Assembly: GCA_944382905.1 (NCBI GenBank)
Contig: CALWNU010000037.1
Span: forward strand, 24,392 to 88,391
DNA: 64,000 nt
Direction: 5' to 3'
Source: an uncultured Clostridia bacterium
GTDB taxonomy: Bacteria > Bacillota > Clostridia > Oscillospirales > Ruminococcaceae
The position numbers and the translations under genes were made by a program. Below the pieces are notes generated by a model, which saw nothing but the letters and a program-made list of their open reading frames with translations, ran no database searches and was not told the DNA's origin. Of this stretch, positions 55,833 to 64,000 are shown one piece after another (within the stretch, counting starts at the first letter, position 1; every line of letters starts with the position of its first letter).

Positions 55833-57182
55833 ATGGAAGAGAAAATTAATTTTCGATTTTTGTTTATCGGCCTTTTATCCATCCTGCTAACCGCTTGCTC
55901 TATCACCTTGGTTTTTTACAGTGCATTCCAGGACCAGACGAAGGAAGACCTGCAAAACAGCGCAAAGATCTTGGCTGAAAGTACCTCCTTACTATCGGAA
56001 CCCAGCCAGCTGGCGCAGTATCAGGATGGCGCACTGCGCATCACATTGATTTCGCAGGACGGCCAGGTTCTGTACGAAAGCGACGCCGACCAATCGACCA
56101 TGGAAAATCATCTGTCTCGGCCGGAGATCCAGGCGGCACTGACCGACGGCGCGGGAGAAGACATCCGTCAATCCAGCACCCTGGGGTACGATACGTACTA
56201 CTATGCGCTGCGCCTGCCCGGCGGGGATGTGCTGCGCGTCTCCATGGAAATCCGCAACATGTATTCGATTTTCGAAAAGGCGCTGCCCTGGGTCATCCTG
56301 ATCGGGTTTTTGATCCTGCTGGTGTCGGTGGTGCTGTCTTCGCTGCTGACCAAGCGGCTGATCCGCCCCATCGAGGTGATGGCGCTGCATCTGGACAATA
56401 TGGAGGAAAATACGCCGTATAAAGAATTGATCCCCTTTGTCCAAACCATTCAGGAACAGCAGAAAAAGAAAATGGAGACCGCCCAAATGCGGCAGGAGTT
56501 TACGGCCAACGTGTCCCACGAGCTAAAAACCCCCTTGACCTCCATTTCGGGCTATGCAGAAATGATCGAAACCGGTCTGGCCAAACCGGAGGATGTGCCG
56601 GTATTTGCCCAAAAGATCTATTCCGAATCCCAGCGCTTGTTGGAGCTAATCGGCGATATTATGAAGTTGTCGGAGCTGGACGAAGGGAAAAAGGAGCTGT
56701 TTTTGGAGCGGATCGACCTTGGTCAAGTTGCCCAGGAGACCAGAAATCGGCTGCAGCTGCAGGCGGAAAAGGCGTCTGTCTCCGTCACGGTGGAAGGACA
56801 GCCTGCTTGGATCTGGGGCAATCGAAAGCTGCTGGATGAACTGGCGTTTAACCTTTGCGACAACGCCATCCGCTACAACCGCCCCGGCGGAAGCGTTACG
56901 TTGCGCACCTATCCGGACGGGGACCGCTGCTTGTTCGTGGTTTCCGATACCGGTATTGGCATTGCATCGGACCATCAAAACCGGGTGTTCGAACGGTTCT
57001 ACCGCGTGGACAAAAGCCGCTCCAAAGAGACCGGCGGCACCGGGCTCGGCCTGGCGATTGTCAAACATATTGCAATCCAGCACCGCGCGGTCCTTTCGCT
57101 AAAAAGCAAGCCGGGCGAAGGGACTACGATTACCGTCGCCTTCCCCCTGCTCCAGCCGGGCCCAACAGACCAGACGCTCTGA
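55833..57182 (+). CDS. sensor histidine kinase (PhoR-like)
   Basis: Two TM segments, H-box FTANVSHELKTPLT, N-box NAIRYN, G-boxes DTGIGI and GGTGLGLAIVK. Confidence 0.9.
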   Translation: MEEKINFRFLFIGLLSILLTACSITLVFYSAFQDQTKEDLQNSAKILAESTSLLSEPSQLAQYQDGALRITLISQDGQVLYESDADQSTMENHLSRPEIQAALTDGAGEDIRQSSTLGYDTYYYALRLPGGDVLRVSMEIRNMYSIFEKALPWVILIGFLILLVSVVLSSLLTKRLIRPIEVMALHLDNMEENTPYKELIPFVQTIQEQQKKKMETAQMRQEFTANVSHELKTPLTSISGYAEMIETGLAKPEDVPVFAQKIYSESQRLLELIGDIMKLSELDEGKKELFLERIDLGQVAQETRNRLQLQAEKASVSVTVEGQPAWIWGNRKLLDELAFNLCDNAIRYNRPGGSVTLRTYPDGDRCLFVVSDTGIGIASDHQNRVFERFYRVDKSRSKETGGTGLGLAIVKHIAIQHRAVLSLKSKPGEGTTITVAFPLLQPGPTDQTL

Positions 57183-57190
57183 TGAAAAAG

Positions 57191-57224
57191 AAAAAAAGGG
57201 ATCCCCCAGAGGGATCCCTTTTTT
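57191..57224. terminator. bidirectional terminator between the convergent kinase gene and rubrerythrin
   Basis: A7-GGGATCCC-ccaga-GGGATCCC-T6. Confidence 0.85.
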
Positions 57225-57242
57225 GGGAAAACGGAAATGCGA

Positions 57243-57779
57243 TTAATAGTTTTTGGCCTGAATCTGGAAGAAGGCCTGCGGATGGGCGCAAACCGGGCAA
57301 ACTTCCGGCGCTTTGTCCCCGACATGAATGTGGCCGCAGTTCCGGCAGATCCAGATGACCTGGCCCTCTTTGCAGAAGACTTTGTTCTCTTCCACGTTTT
57401 TCAGCAGTTCCAGATATCTTTCTTCATGTTCTTTTTCGATGGCGCCGACCATTTCAAACAGCTTCGCAATATGGTCAAAGCCTTCCTCTTTGGCTTCTTT
57501 GGCAAAGGTGGCATACATGTCGGTCCACTCATAATTTTCGCCGGCAGCTGCATCTTTCAGGTTTTCTGCCGTGGTGCCGATTCCGTCATGCAACAGCTTG
57601 AACCACATTTTCGCATGCTCTTTCTCATTGTCCGCCGTTTCCTGGAACAAAGCGGCGATTTGCTCATATCCTTCCTTTTTCGCTTTGGAAGCATAGTAGG
57701 TATATTTATTTCTCGCTTGGGACTCCCCTGCAAACGCGGTCTGCAGATTCGCTTCCGTCTTAGTACCTTTCAAATTCAT
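57243..57779 (-). CDS. rbr: rubrerythrin
   Basis: N-terminal ferritin-like di-iron domain (E..A...Y, E..H) and C-terminal rubredoxin-like CRNCG..CPVC. Confidence 0.9.
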   Translation of the reverse strand: MNLKGTKTEANLQTAFAGESQARNKYTYYASKAKKEGYEQIAALFQETADNEKEHAKMWFKLLHDGIGTTAENLKDAAAGENYEWTDMYATFAKEAKEEGFDHIAKLFEMVGAIEKEHEERYLELLKNVEENKVFCKEGQVIWICRNCGHIHVGDKAPEVCPVCAHPQAFFQIQAKNY

Positions 57780-57801
57780 GTGTTCTCATCCTTTCTTTTA
57801 T

Positions 57802-57816
57802 TAAGAATAATTCTTA
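57802..57816. promoter_or_regulatory. Fur-family (PerR-like) 7-1-7 operator candidate upstream of rubrerythrin
   Basis: TAAGAAT-A-ATTCTTA is a perfect inverted repeat 23 nt upstream of the rbr start codon. It has the same TnAnAATnATTnTnA architecture as Bacillus Fur/PerR boxes. Confidence 0.5.
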
Positions 57817-57980
57817 TTTAAAGAATACCATATTTCTCCTGTTTTGTCAATCGGGAAAAAAGGTTTTCAAGATATGATAAATCCAGCAAAATTGCCTTTC
57901 GAATTGCTTTGGATTTGGCGCCAGATCCCCTTGTGATTTTTGGGATCTTATACTATACTAGAAACGGAGGAGGAATTTTG

Positions 57981-58751
57981 ATGATTTTGACCGTTGACAT
58001 TGGCAACTCGAATATTACCATCGGCGCATACCGGTCAGACGAGCTGTTGTTTTTGACCCGGATGGGCACCGACCGCTCGAAAATGTCGGATGAATACGCC
58101 ATTGCAATTCATTCCCTGCTTCGCTTGTACGGATACCACGGAAGCGATCTGGAAGGCGCAATCATCTCTTCGGTGGTCCCGCCGCTTTCCCCCGCGCTCA
58201 AACAGGCGATCACCCGGATCAAACCGGTCCGGATTTTAACGGTAGGGCCTGGCATCAAAACCGGTCTGCACATCGCCATTGACAATCCGGCGCAGCTGGG
58301 TGCAGATTTGGCTTGCGTATCGGTGGCAGCGCTGGAAAAATACCCCCTCCCTTCGATTGTCATTGATATGGGCACCGCGACCACCATTTCCGCCATGGAC
58401 CGGGAAGGTAAAATGTTGGGCGGCTCCATCCTGCCGGGCGTGCGGATTTCATTAGAGGCGCTCACCTCCCGCACCGCACAGCTGCCGCAGATCGACCTTT
58501 CCGCTCCGCCGCAAAGCGTGATCGGCGCCAACACAGTCGATTGCATGAAGTCCGGCATACTCTATGGCACGGCGAGCATGTTAGACGGCATGATCGACCG
58601 GTATCAGGAAAAGCTGGGGAAAGATTTGACTATCATCGCCACCGGCGGGCTGGCCAAATCCATCACGGCGCTGTGCCGTCACCCGATTATCCTTGACGAA
58701 AATTTAGTATTGGAAGGGCTTCGCATTTTATTCCAAAAAAATACGAAATAA
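57981..58751 (+). CDS. coaX: type III pantothenate kinase
   Basis: ILTVDIGNSN..G, ..VIDMGTATT.., ..GG.A are CoaX ASKHA motifs. ATG 57981 is preceded by GGAGGAGG. Confidence 0.9.
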   Translation: MILTVDIGNSNITIGAYRSDELLFLTRMGTDRSKMSDEYAIAIHSLLRLYGYHGSDLEGAIISSVVPPLSPALKQAITRIKPVRILTVGPGIKTGLHIAIDNPAQLGADLACVSVAALEKYPLPSIVIDMGTATTISAMDREGKMLGGSILPGVRISLEALTSRTAQLPQIDLSAPPQSVIGANTVDCMKSGILYGTASMLDGMIDRYQEKLGKDLTIIATGGLAKSITALCRHPIILDENLVLEGLRILFQKNTK

Positions 58752-58848
58752 CGCCTGTTCTTTTTCCGTTGGGCCAACACGGCGCCCAGCGCCGTTGGTA
58801 AATAGAATGCGCTGTATCCTATGGAACAGCAGCAAGGAGGAGTTTTGA

Positions 58849-59448
58849 ATGGAAAGAGCAACCGAGAAAACCCGTAGACTGGTACAAATGGCAATTTTAA
58901 TCGCCATCATGCTGATCTTGGCGTTTACCCCGCTGGGATACTTAAAGGTGGGCGCGATTGAAATTACCTTTATGACGATCCCCGTCGTCGTGGGCGCAAT
59001 CATTTTAGGGCCTGTTTCCGGCGCGATACTGGGCGGCGTCTTTGGCCTGACCAGCTTCATCCAGTGCTTTGGGCTGAGCGGATTTGGCGCAGCTTTGCTG
59101 AGCATCAATCCGGTGTTTACCTTTTTGGTATGCATGGCGCCGAGAATCCTGATGGGATATTTGGCCGGCGTGATTTTCAAGGCGCTGCACCGGAACGGAA
59201 AAACGAAATGGATGTCGTTTGCCGCCGCATCCCTGTCTGGGGCGGTGTTAAATACCATTTTCTTCGTGGGTCTGATGATGCTGCTGTTTGGCCGGAGCGA
59301 TTATATTCTGTCTCTGCGTGGCGGGTTGGGGCTGTGGTCCTTCCTGGTAGGTTTTGTCGGGGTAAATGGCCTGGTAGAGGCAATTGTCGCTTTTGTGTTA
59401 GGCACAGCTATCAGCAAGGCGCTGATGCAATTTTCCTTGCGGCAATAA
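58849..59448 (+). CDS. ECF transporter S component (substrate-capture subunit)
   Basis: ~200 aa, six TM segments; ..IAIMLILAFTPLGYL...(I)TFMTIPVVVGAIILGP..G is typical of ECF S components. Substrate not assignable from sequence. Confidence 0.7.
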   Translation: MERATEKTRRLVQMAILIAIMLILAFTPLGYLKVGAIEITFMTIPVVVGAIILGPVSGAILGGVFGLTSFIQCFGLSGFGAALLSINPVFTFLVCMAPRILMGYLAGVIFKALHRNGKTKWMSFAAASLSGAVLNTIFFVGLMMLLFGRSDYILSLRGGLGLWSFLVGFVGVNGLVEAIVAFVLGTAISKALMQFSLRQ

Positions 59449-59463
59449 TCAGACAGCAACTGC

Positions 59464-59500
59464 AAAAACGGCGTAGATCCCTCTGCGCCGTTTGTTTTTT
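59464..59500 (+). terminator. terminator after the ECF S-component gene
   Basis: AAACGGCG-N12-CGCCGTTT followed by GTTTTTT. Confidence 0.6.
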
Positions 59501-59515
59501 GGGAGGACTTGTAGT

Positions 59516-60031
59516 ATGGAAGTGATGTTTGAAAACCGGTATACCACCAATCCCAAAATGCTCCGCTCCTTTGCGCGGGGGGCGAGCTTTTCACAAAAAT
59601 TCTTTTTCCGCTTTGCCATCGTAGGAATGGTGGTTTGCGCGCTGGCGCTGCTTTATTGCCTGGTCTTCCTCCCCGGAGATTGGGCCTCCATGGTTTCCCC
59701 CGCCGTTTCTTTTCTCTTGTGCCTGATGCTGTTTTTCTTTCCCAGCCTGACGGCCCGGATCCTTTACCGAAACACCAAGCGGCTGCACGGCGGAACCATT
59801 CCCGAAACCATCATCCGTTTTTCGGATGAAATCGCCATATCGGAAGGCACTTTATCCGTCCGGTTCGCATACCGCCAAATTACAAAGATCAAACAGACCA
59901 AATCCCTTTTGGTGCTGATGATTGGCAAAGAAAGCGGCATTGTCCTGGAAAAGAACAGCTTTACCGTAGGAGATCCCGCCTCCTTTTTGCCGTTTTTGCT
60001 GGAACGATGCCCTTCCCTACAAAAGAAATAA
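59516..60031 (+). CDS. YcxB-like membrane protein
   Basis: Two central TM segments and a C-terminal ..I..I..T...L.L.......I.L.K..F pattern resembling the YcxB family. GGGAGG RBS. Confidence 0.5.
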   Translation: MEVMFENRYTTNPKMLRSFARGASFSQKFFFRFAIVGMVVCALALLYCLVFLPGDWASMVSPAVSFLLCLMLFFFPSLTARILYRNTKRLHGGTIPETIIRFSDEIAISEGTLSVRFAYRQITKIKQTKSLLVLMIGKESGIVLEKNSFTVGDPASFLPFLLERCPSLQKK

Positions 60032-60040
60032 CCGCATCTC

Positions 60041-60095
60041 AAAACGCCCCCTGCTGGCGGAAGCTGTTTTGTCTTCCTCCGACAGGGGGCGTTTT
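60041..60095. terminator. long bidirectional hairpin between convergent genes
   Basis: AAAACGCCCCCTG ... CAGGGGGCGTTTT with an inner GGCGGAAG/CTTCCTCC helix. Confidence 0.65.
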
Positions 60096-60124
60096 GCATA
60101 ATCCGGCGCGCAGGGACGCCGCCG

Positions 60125-61000
60125 TCACTGGTCTTTGTCGATGGGTTTCCACCCTTCGCCGATGATCTCGCCTGCTTCCGTCACGACAATAAACGCATTT
60201 GGGTCATGGGCGTGTACCAACGATTTTAATTTGAAGAATTCCGTTTTGCGCACCACCACCATAATGACGTCCATTTCCGTCCCCGAATAGGCGCCGCGCC
60301 CTTTCAATACCGTCGCAGAGCGGTTGAGCTGCGCGATAATTTCTTTTTCGATTTCCCTGTTTTTCGCAGAAACAATATGTACGAGCTTGCCGTTTTCCAG
60401 CCCGTACAGAATACCGTCCATCACCTGCGCGCTGGCGAACATGGCGATCAGGCCGAACAGGCTAGCTTCGATGTTTTGATAGACAATTGCCGCCGCGGCC
60501 AGTACAAAGCAGTCCAAAATCAGCATCATCCTACCGATGGGGATATGGGGCGCTTTGCGCTGCAGCAGTTTCCCCAAAATATCGGTGCCGCCGGTGGTGG
60601 AACCGCGCATGAATACCACAGCCAGCCCCGCTCCCATGCAGACTCCGCCAAACAAGGACGCCAACAGCGCATTGCCGGTATAAACCGGGAAATAAATCAC
60701 CACATAGTCCAACACCGCCGACATAATGACAACAGATTTCAACGTCTTTGCCGTAAAGACCTTTCCCAACACCAAAAAGCCGATGATCACCAAAGGCACA
60801 TTGATGGCAAAGTTCATGGCGCCGATGGGTAAGCCCGTCACATAATTGATCAGGGTTGCAATACCGCTCACCCCGCCGGGCGCAACCTGGTTGGGCGCTG
60901 TAAAGCAAAGGATTCCCACCCCGTAAATCAGCGATCCTACCACATCATAAAGGCAATCCACGCAAAAACTTTTGATTTTTGCACGTTTCATCCGCTTCAT
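60125..61000 (-). CDS. YitT family membrane protein (DUF2179 C-terminal domain)
   Basis: Five TM segments with the ..GG.SG.. motif; C-terminal DUF2179-like ..A.VL.G.GAY......V.M.VV.K.E...L..+V...DP.AF. The ATG 61000 start codon overlaps the mrnC stop by 4 nt. Confidence 0.85.
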   Translation of the reverse strand: MKRMKRAKIKSFCVDCLYDVVGSLIYGVGILCFTAPNQVAPGGVSGIATLINYVTGLPIGAMNFAINVPLVIIGFLVLGKVFTAKTLKSVVIMSAVLDYVVIYFPVYTGNALLASLFGGVCMGAGLAVVFMRGSTTGGTDILGKLLQRKAPHIPIGRMMLILDCFVLAAAAIVYQNIEASLFGLIAMFASAQVMDGILYGLENGKLVHIVSAKNREIEKEIIAQLNRSATVLKGRGAYSGTEMDVIMVVVRKTEFFKLKSLVHAHDPNAFIVVTEAGEIIGEGWKPIDKDQ

Positions 61001-61404
61001 TCGCCCTTTCCCCTTTCTTGGCAAATCTGCATAGCACGGTCAAACAGCGCATACATCCGATCCCAGTGTTCGGACAGATACAAAAACCCAAACAGCGCTT
61101 CCACTCCTGTGGCTTTCCGATATTCCAAAAGCTGCGCGTTTTTCGGGACGCTGCCGGAATGGGCGTTGCGCCCCCGGCGAAGCACCTCCAGCTCCTCCGC
61201 AGACAGGATGGGTTCCAGCCCATCGTACACTGCCGCCTGGGCGGCAGCGCGCACCAGCTCGACCTTTTTTCCATTCAGCTTTTTCACCGGCATGCTGCCT
61301 GCCGAAACGATTGTTTTGCGCACCAGCAGTTCATACACGCTATCGCCCACAAAGGCCAGGGTCAAAGGGCTGAGCTGCTTGGGGTTGTATCCTGTTGGCA
61401 TCAT
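60997..61404 (-). CDS. mrnC: Mini-ribonuclease 3
   Basis: LSPLTLAFVGDSVYEL.VR.., ..RRGRNA.., ..Y..ATG.EAL.G.LYL. Confidence 0.85.
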   Translation of the reverse strand: MMPTGYNPKQLSPLTLAFVGDSVYELLVRKTIVSAGSMPVKKLNGKKVELVRAAAQAAVYDGLEPILSAEELEVLRRGRNAHSGSVPKNAQLLEYRKATGVEALFGFLYLSEHWDRMYALFDRAMQICQERGKGE

Positions 61405-61417
61405 GTTGGCCGCTCCC

Positions 61418-62686
61418 TTATTTCACATAATCGAACTCGAAATTCAGAATGCTGACGGTATCCCCTTCCTGGATCCCCATCCGCTCCAATTCCTCAATGA
61501 TGCCGGTTTGGATCAGAACTCGCTGGAAATACCGCAGCGATTCATCGTCTTCCATGTCCACCATCCCAAACGCGGACATCAGCCAATCGGCTTCCACCAC
61601 ATAGACGCCGTCTTCCTTGCGCACGGTAAATTCCCGTTTGCCTTCCGGCAATTTGGGCTGCGGGATCGGGTCCGGCTCATATTGCCGGATCGGTGGCAAC
61701 TGGTCCAGCATCGCGGCAATGGCGCCGATCAGCGCATCCACACCCTGCCGGGTCGCCGCACTGATGGGATAAAACGGGAGTCCTTTTCCCTGGATATACG
61801 CGCGGAAAGCATCCAGCTGCTGCGCCGAAGCCAAATCGCATTTGTTGGCCGCCACGATCTGGGGACGCGACGCCAATTCTTCGTTAAAATTGCGCAGTTC
61901 CCGGTTGATGGTCTCAAAATCTTCCACCGGATCCCGGCCTTCGCTTCCGGATACATCCACGACATGCACAATCAAGCGGCACCGCTCCACATGGCGCAAA
62001 AAAGCGTGCCCCAGGCCGACGCCCTCGCTCGCGCCTTCAATCAGGCCGGGGATATCCGCCATGACAAAGGATTTTCCTTCCGCGATTTTGACCATCCCTA
62101 GCACTGGAGTCAAGGTTGTAAAATGATAGTTGGCGATTTTCGGCTTGGCTTGGCTCACCACCGAAATCAAGGTGGACTTCCCTACATTGGGAAATCCTGC
62201 CAGTCCCACATCCGCCAGCAGCTTCAATTCCAGGGTGATTTCAAACGCTTCCCCTTCCATACCCGCTTTTGCAAACCGCGGGATCTGGCGGGTGGCCGTG
62301 GCGAAATGGCAGTTTCCCCAGCCGCCTTTTCCCCCTCTTGCCACAACCACCGGCTCCGGAGAGGAGATATCCGCCAGGATGCGGCCGCTGTTCGCTTCTT
62401 TGATCAATGTCCCCATCGGGACCCGGATCACCAAATCCGGCGCGCTTTTTCCGGTGCAGCGCCCAGATTTTCCATTTTCTCCATTCTGGGCAATAAAACG
62501 GCGCTTATAGCGAAAGTCCAGCAGGGTTGACAGGTGCGGATCCGCCTGAAAGACGATATTGCCGCCGCGTCCGCCGTCGCCGCCGTCCGGGCCGCCTGCC
62601 GCCACATATTTTTCCCGATGGAAGGAAACCGCTCCATTGCCGCCGTTTCCCGCCTGAATCCGGATGGTCGCAAGATCTACAAACAT
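61418..62686 (-). CDS. obgE: GTPase Obg/CgtA
   Basis: MFVD...I....G.GG.G..SF.REK....GGPDGGDGG.GG Obg fold, GFPNVGKST, DIPGLIEGA, C-terminal OCT/TGS-like domain. Confidence 0.95.
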   Translation of the reverse strand: MFVDLATIRIQAGNGGNGAVSFHREKYVAAGGPDGGDGGRGGNIVFQADPHLSTLLDFRYKRRFIAQNGENGKSGRCTGKSAPDLVIRVPMGTLIKEANSGRILADISSPEPVVVARGGKGGWGNCHFATATRQIPRFAKAGMEGEAFEITLELKLLADVGLAGFPNVGKSTLISVVSQAKPKIANYHFTTLTPVLGMVKIAEGKSFVMADIPGLIEGASEGVGLGHAFLRHVERCRLIVHVVDVSGSEGRDPVEDFETINRELRNFNEELASRPQIVAANKCDLASAQQLDAFRAYIQGKGLPFYPISAATRQGVDALIGAIAAMLDQLPPIRQYEPDPIPQPKLPEGKREFTVRKEDGVYVVEADWLMSAFGMVDMEDDESLRYFQRVLIQTGIIEELERMGIQEGDTVSILNFEFDYVK

Positions 62687-62732
62687 GGGAACCCTCCTTG
62701 CCCGTTTTTGCTAGCATGTGCAAATACATAAT

Positions 62733-62760
62733 AAAAAATCCCGAGGAACCCTCGGGATTT
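62733..62760 (-). terminator. terminator after rpmA
   Basis: On the minus strand, TCCCGAGG-gtt-CCTCGGGA followed by TTTTTTATTATG. Confidence 0.7.
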
Positions 62761-62768
62761 TCGTTTGA

Positions 62769-63050
62769 TTACTGAACAGGATAAATGCTTACTTTCTTGC
62801 GGTCCCGGCCTACCCGTTCAAACCGAACCTGCCCGTCGATCAAAGCAAACAAGGTATCGTCAGAACCACGGCCCACATTCTCACCAGGATGGATGTGGGT
62901 GCCGCGCTGACGGACCAGGATATTGCCAGCCAGCACATGCTGCCCGTCGGCACGCTTCACGCCAAGCCGCTTGGACTCGGAGTCACGGCCGTTCTTCGTC
63001 GATCCAACACCTTTCTTATGTGCAAAAAACTGCATGCTTAAACGAATCAT
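62769..63050 (-). CDS. rpmA: 50S ribosomal protein L27 (with N-terminal propeptide)
   Basis: [32 protein letters not shown].. . The QFFA-HKKG junction matches the Prp cleavage site of Firmicute L27. Confidence 0.95.
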   Translation of the reverse strand: MIRLSMQFFAHKKGVGSTKNGRDSESKRLGVKRADGQHVLAGNILVRQRGTHIHPGENVGRGSDDTLFALIDGQVRFERVGRDRKKVSIYPVQ

Positions 63051-63053
63051 CTG

Positions 63054-63371
63054 TTATTCCTCCGAAACAAAGATCTGAATGGTATTCTGATAATCTTCCG
63101 CCAAAAAAGCTAGATGCTGCTTCAGCGCTTCCAATAGCAACACCGATTCTTTCCCCGCCTGTGCAGGAAGCCGGAGCGAAACACGGTTCTCCTCCACGGT
63201 AACCTTGGCCGCGGTGTGAAATTGCTCGGTAATCGCGTTTGCTGTCAGCTGAACGGCCGAAGACACGCTGGCGCATACAATGTCCTGTCCCCGATCGGCA
63301 TAGCCGGCGTGGCCGGACACAGAAAACGCCACAAGTTTTTGGCCCGATTGTTGAAAACGGACGGTAATCAT
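63054..63371 (-). CDS. prp: ribosomal-processing cysteine protease Prp
   Basis: ..[17 protein letters not shown] is the Prp catalytic His/Cys pattern. Conserved position between rplU and rpmA. Confidence 0.85.
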   Translation of the reverse strand: MITVRFQQSGQKLVAFSVSGHAGYADRGQDIVCASVSSAVQLTANAITEQFHTAAKVTVEENRVSLRLPAQAGKESVLLLEALKQHLAFLAEDYQNTIQIFVSEE

Positions 63372-63377
63372 GGCAAA

Positions 63378-63689
63378 CTATGCCTTGATTTCCAAAATCT
63401 CAACCTTGGTGTAAGGCTGTCTGTGGCCCAATTTTCTCTTGGAAGACTTTTTCGATCTGTAAGTAAATACCGTAATTTTCTTCCCTTTTCCGTTCTTAGC
63501 GATTTTCGCGGTTACCGTCGCGCCATCCACATAAGGATTGCCCAGGACAAGCCCATCGTCTTTGCCCACTGCGATCACTTTGTCCATCTCCACGATTTCC
63601 AGCTCTTCATACGGGAGCTTCTCGACATAAATCGTATCGCCTTGCTGAACGCGGTACTGCTTCCCGCCGGTTTCTAAAATAGCGTACAT
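63378..63689 (-). CDS. rplU: 50S ribosomal protein L21
   Basis: MYAILETGGKQYRVQ.GD.IYVEKL..KI.V..Y+.KK...RK.GHRQPYTKV.I. Confidence 0.95.
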   Translation of the reverse strand: MYAILETGGKQYRVQQGDTIYVEKLPYEELEIVEMDKVIAVGKDDGLVLGNPYVDGATVTAKIAKNGKGKKITVFTYRSKKSSKRKLGHRQPYTKVEILEIKA

Positions 63690-63780
63690 TTGAAAGGCAC
63701 CTGCCTCTTTCTCATAGACTCGCTGCGAAAAGGCGGCGCCAAAAAAGCGCGCTTACAGCCCATTGCATGCGGCAAGAATT

Positions 63781-63809
63781 ATCATACCATACCTTTTTGG
63801 ACTTGTCAA
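63781..63809 (-). promoter_or_regulatory. sigma-A-like promoter of the rplU-prp-rpmA operon
   Basis: On the minus strand: TTGACA, 17-nt spacer, TATGAT. The ~90-nt 5' UTR that follows is where Firmicutes carry an L21 leader; its structure was not verified here. Confidence 0.6.
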
Positions 63810-63844
63810 TCCAAAAACGCCAATTTTCCGCGTCGTTATGCGGT

Positions 63845-64000
63845 TTATTTGCCTTGTGCCGTTTTTTGGGCGCTGGTCAGCGTGTTCTTTAACAGCATGG
63901 TGATGGTCATGGGCCCTACCCCGCCAGGTACCGGCGTCAGGTAAGAGGCCACCGGCTCCACCGCAGCAAAATCCACGTCGCCGCATAGCTTGCCGTTTTC
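63845..64000 (-). CDS. folD: bifunctional methylenetetrahydrofolate dehydrogenase/cyclohydrolase, C-terminal 51 aa (gene runs off window end)
   Basis: Minus-strand translation reads [51 protein letters not shown]-stop. GDVDF and [11 protein letters not shown] are FolD signatures. Confidence 0.8.
   Translation of the reverse strand, partial: ENGKLCGDVDFAAVEPVASYLTPVPGGVGPMTITMLLKNTLTSAQKTAQGK

Noticed and set aside
1-64000. Search for CRISPR arrays, tRNA/rRNA genes, integrases, transposases, toxin-antitoxin or defence gene clusters
   Set aside because: No regularly spaced direct repeats were seen, and no cloverleaf-like or rRNA-like conserved stretches in the intergenic gaps. No recombinase or nuclease-type ORFs were found either. 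Every gap over 150 bp is accounted for by promoters, leaders or terminators.

Overview
GC-rich chromosomal segment with Firmicutes/Clostridia-type gene order; the taxon is inference. It holds about 60 tightly packed protein genes, nearly all recognisable. From start to end: ispD (partial) and carD; lplA-lpd; aroF-pheA; an ACT-domain gene with paaK; ileS; ppx-ppk1; a GntR-type regulator followed by a glutamate mutase / methylaspartate ammonia-lyase operon; cobO; deoD; mgtE. Then comes the conserved block thiN-rsgA-prkC-stp-rlmN-rsmB-fmt-def-priA-rpoZ-gmk-remA-yicC. After that: pncB; a Fur-family regulator; a B12-binding radical SAM gene; a Na/Pi transporter with a two-component system; rubrerythrin; coaX with an ECF S component; mrnC-obg; rplU-prp-rpmA; folD (partial). 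I saw no rRNA or tRNA genes, CRISPR arrays, transposases, integrases, phage genes or recognisable defence genes, so this is core genome rather than an island. Recognisable cis-regulatory RNAs are an Ile T-box leader (ileS) and an M-box riboswitch (mgtE). Most intergenic gaps carry clear rho-independent terminators and sigma-A-like promoters. Five things deserve a second look. (1) A Phe-codon-rich 30-aa leader peptide with mutually exclusive terminator/antiterminator pairings lies upstream of aroF-pheA. (2) In the methylaspartate-pathway operon, a DUF1446 (AtuA-like)/DUF4387 gene pair occupies the position where mesaconate-processing enzymes would be expected. An uncharacterised P-loop protein coupled to a corrinoid adenosyltransferase follows that operon. 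(3) An unassigned ~250-nt leader with its own terminator precedes a flavin-reductase-like gene. (4) A perfect 19-bp inverted repeat brackets the GntR-gene promoter region. (5) A small Cys/Asn/Gly-rich ORF follows pheA. All functional calls rest on motif recognition by eye; no database search was run.
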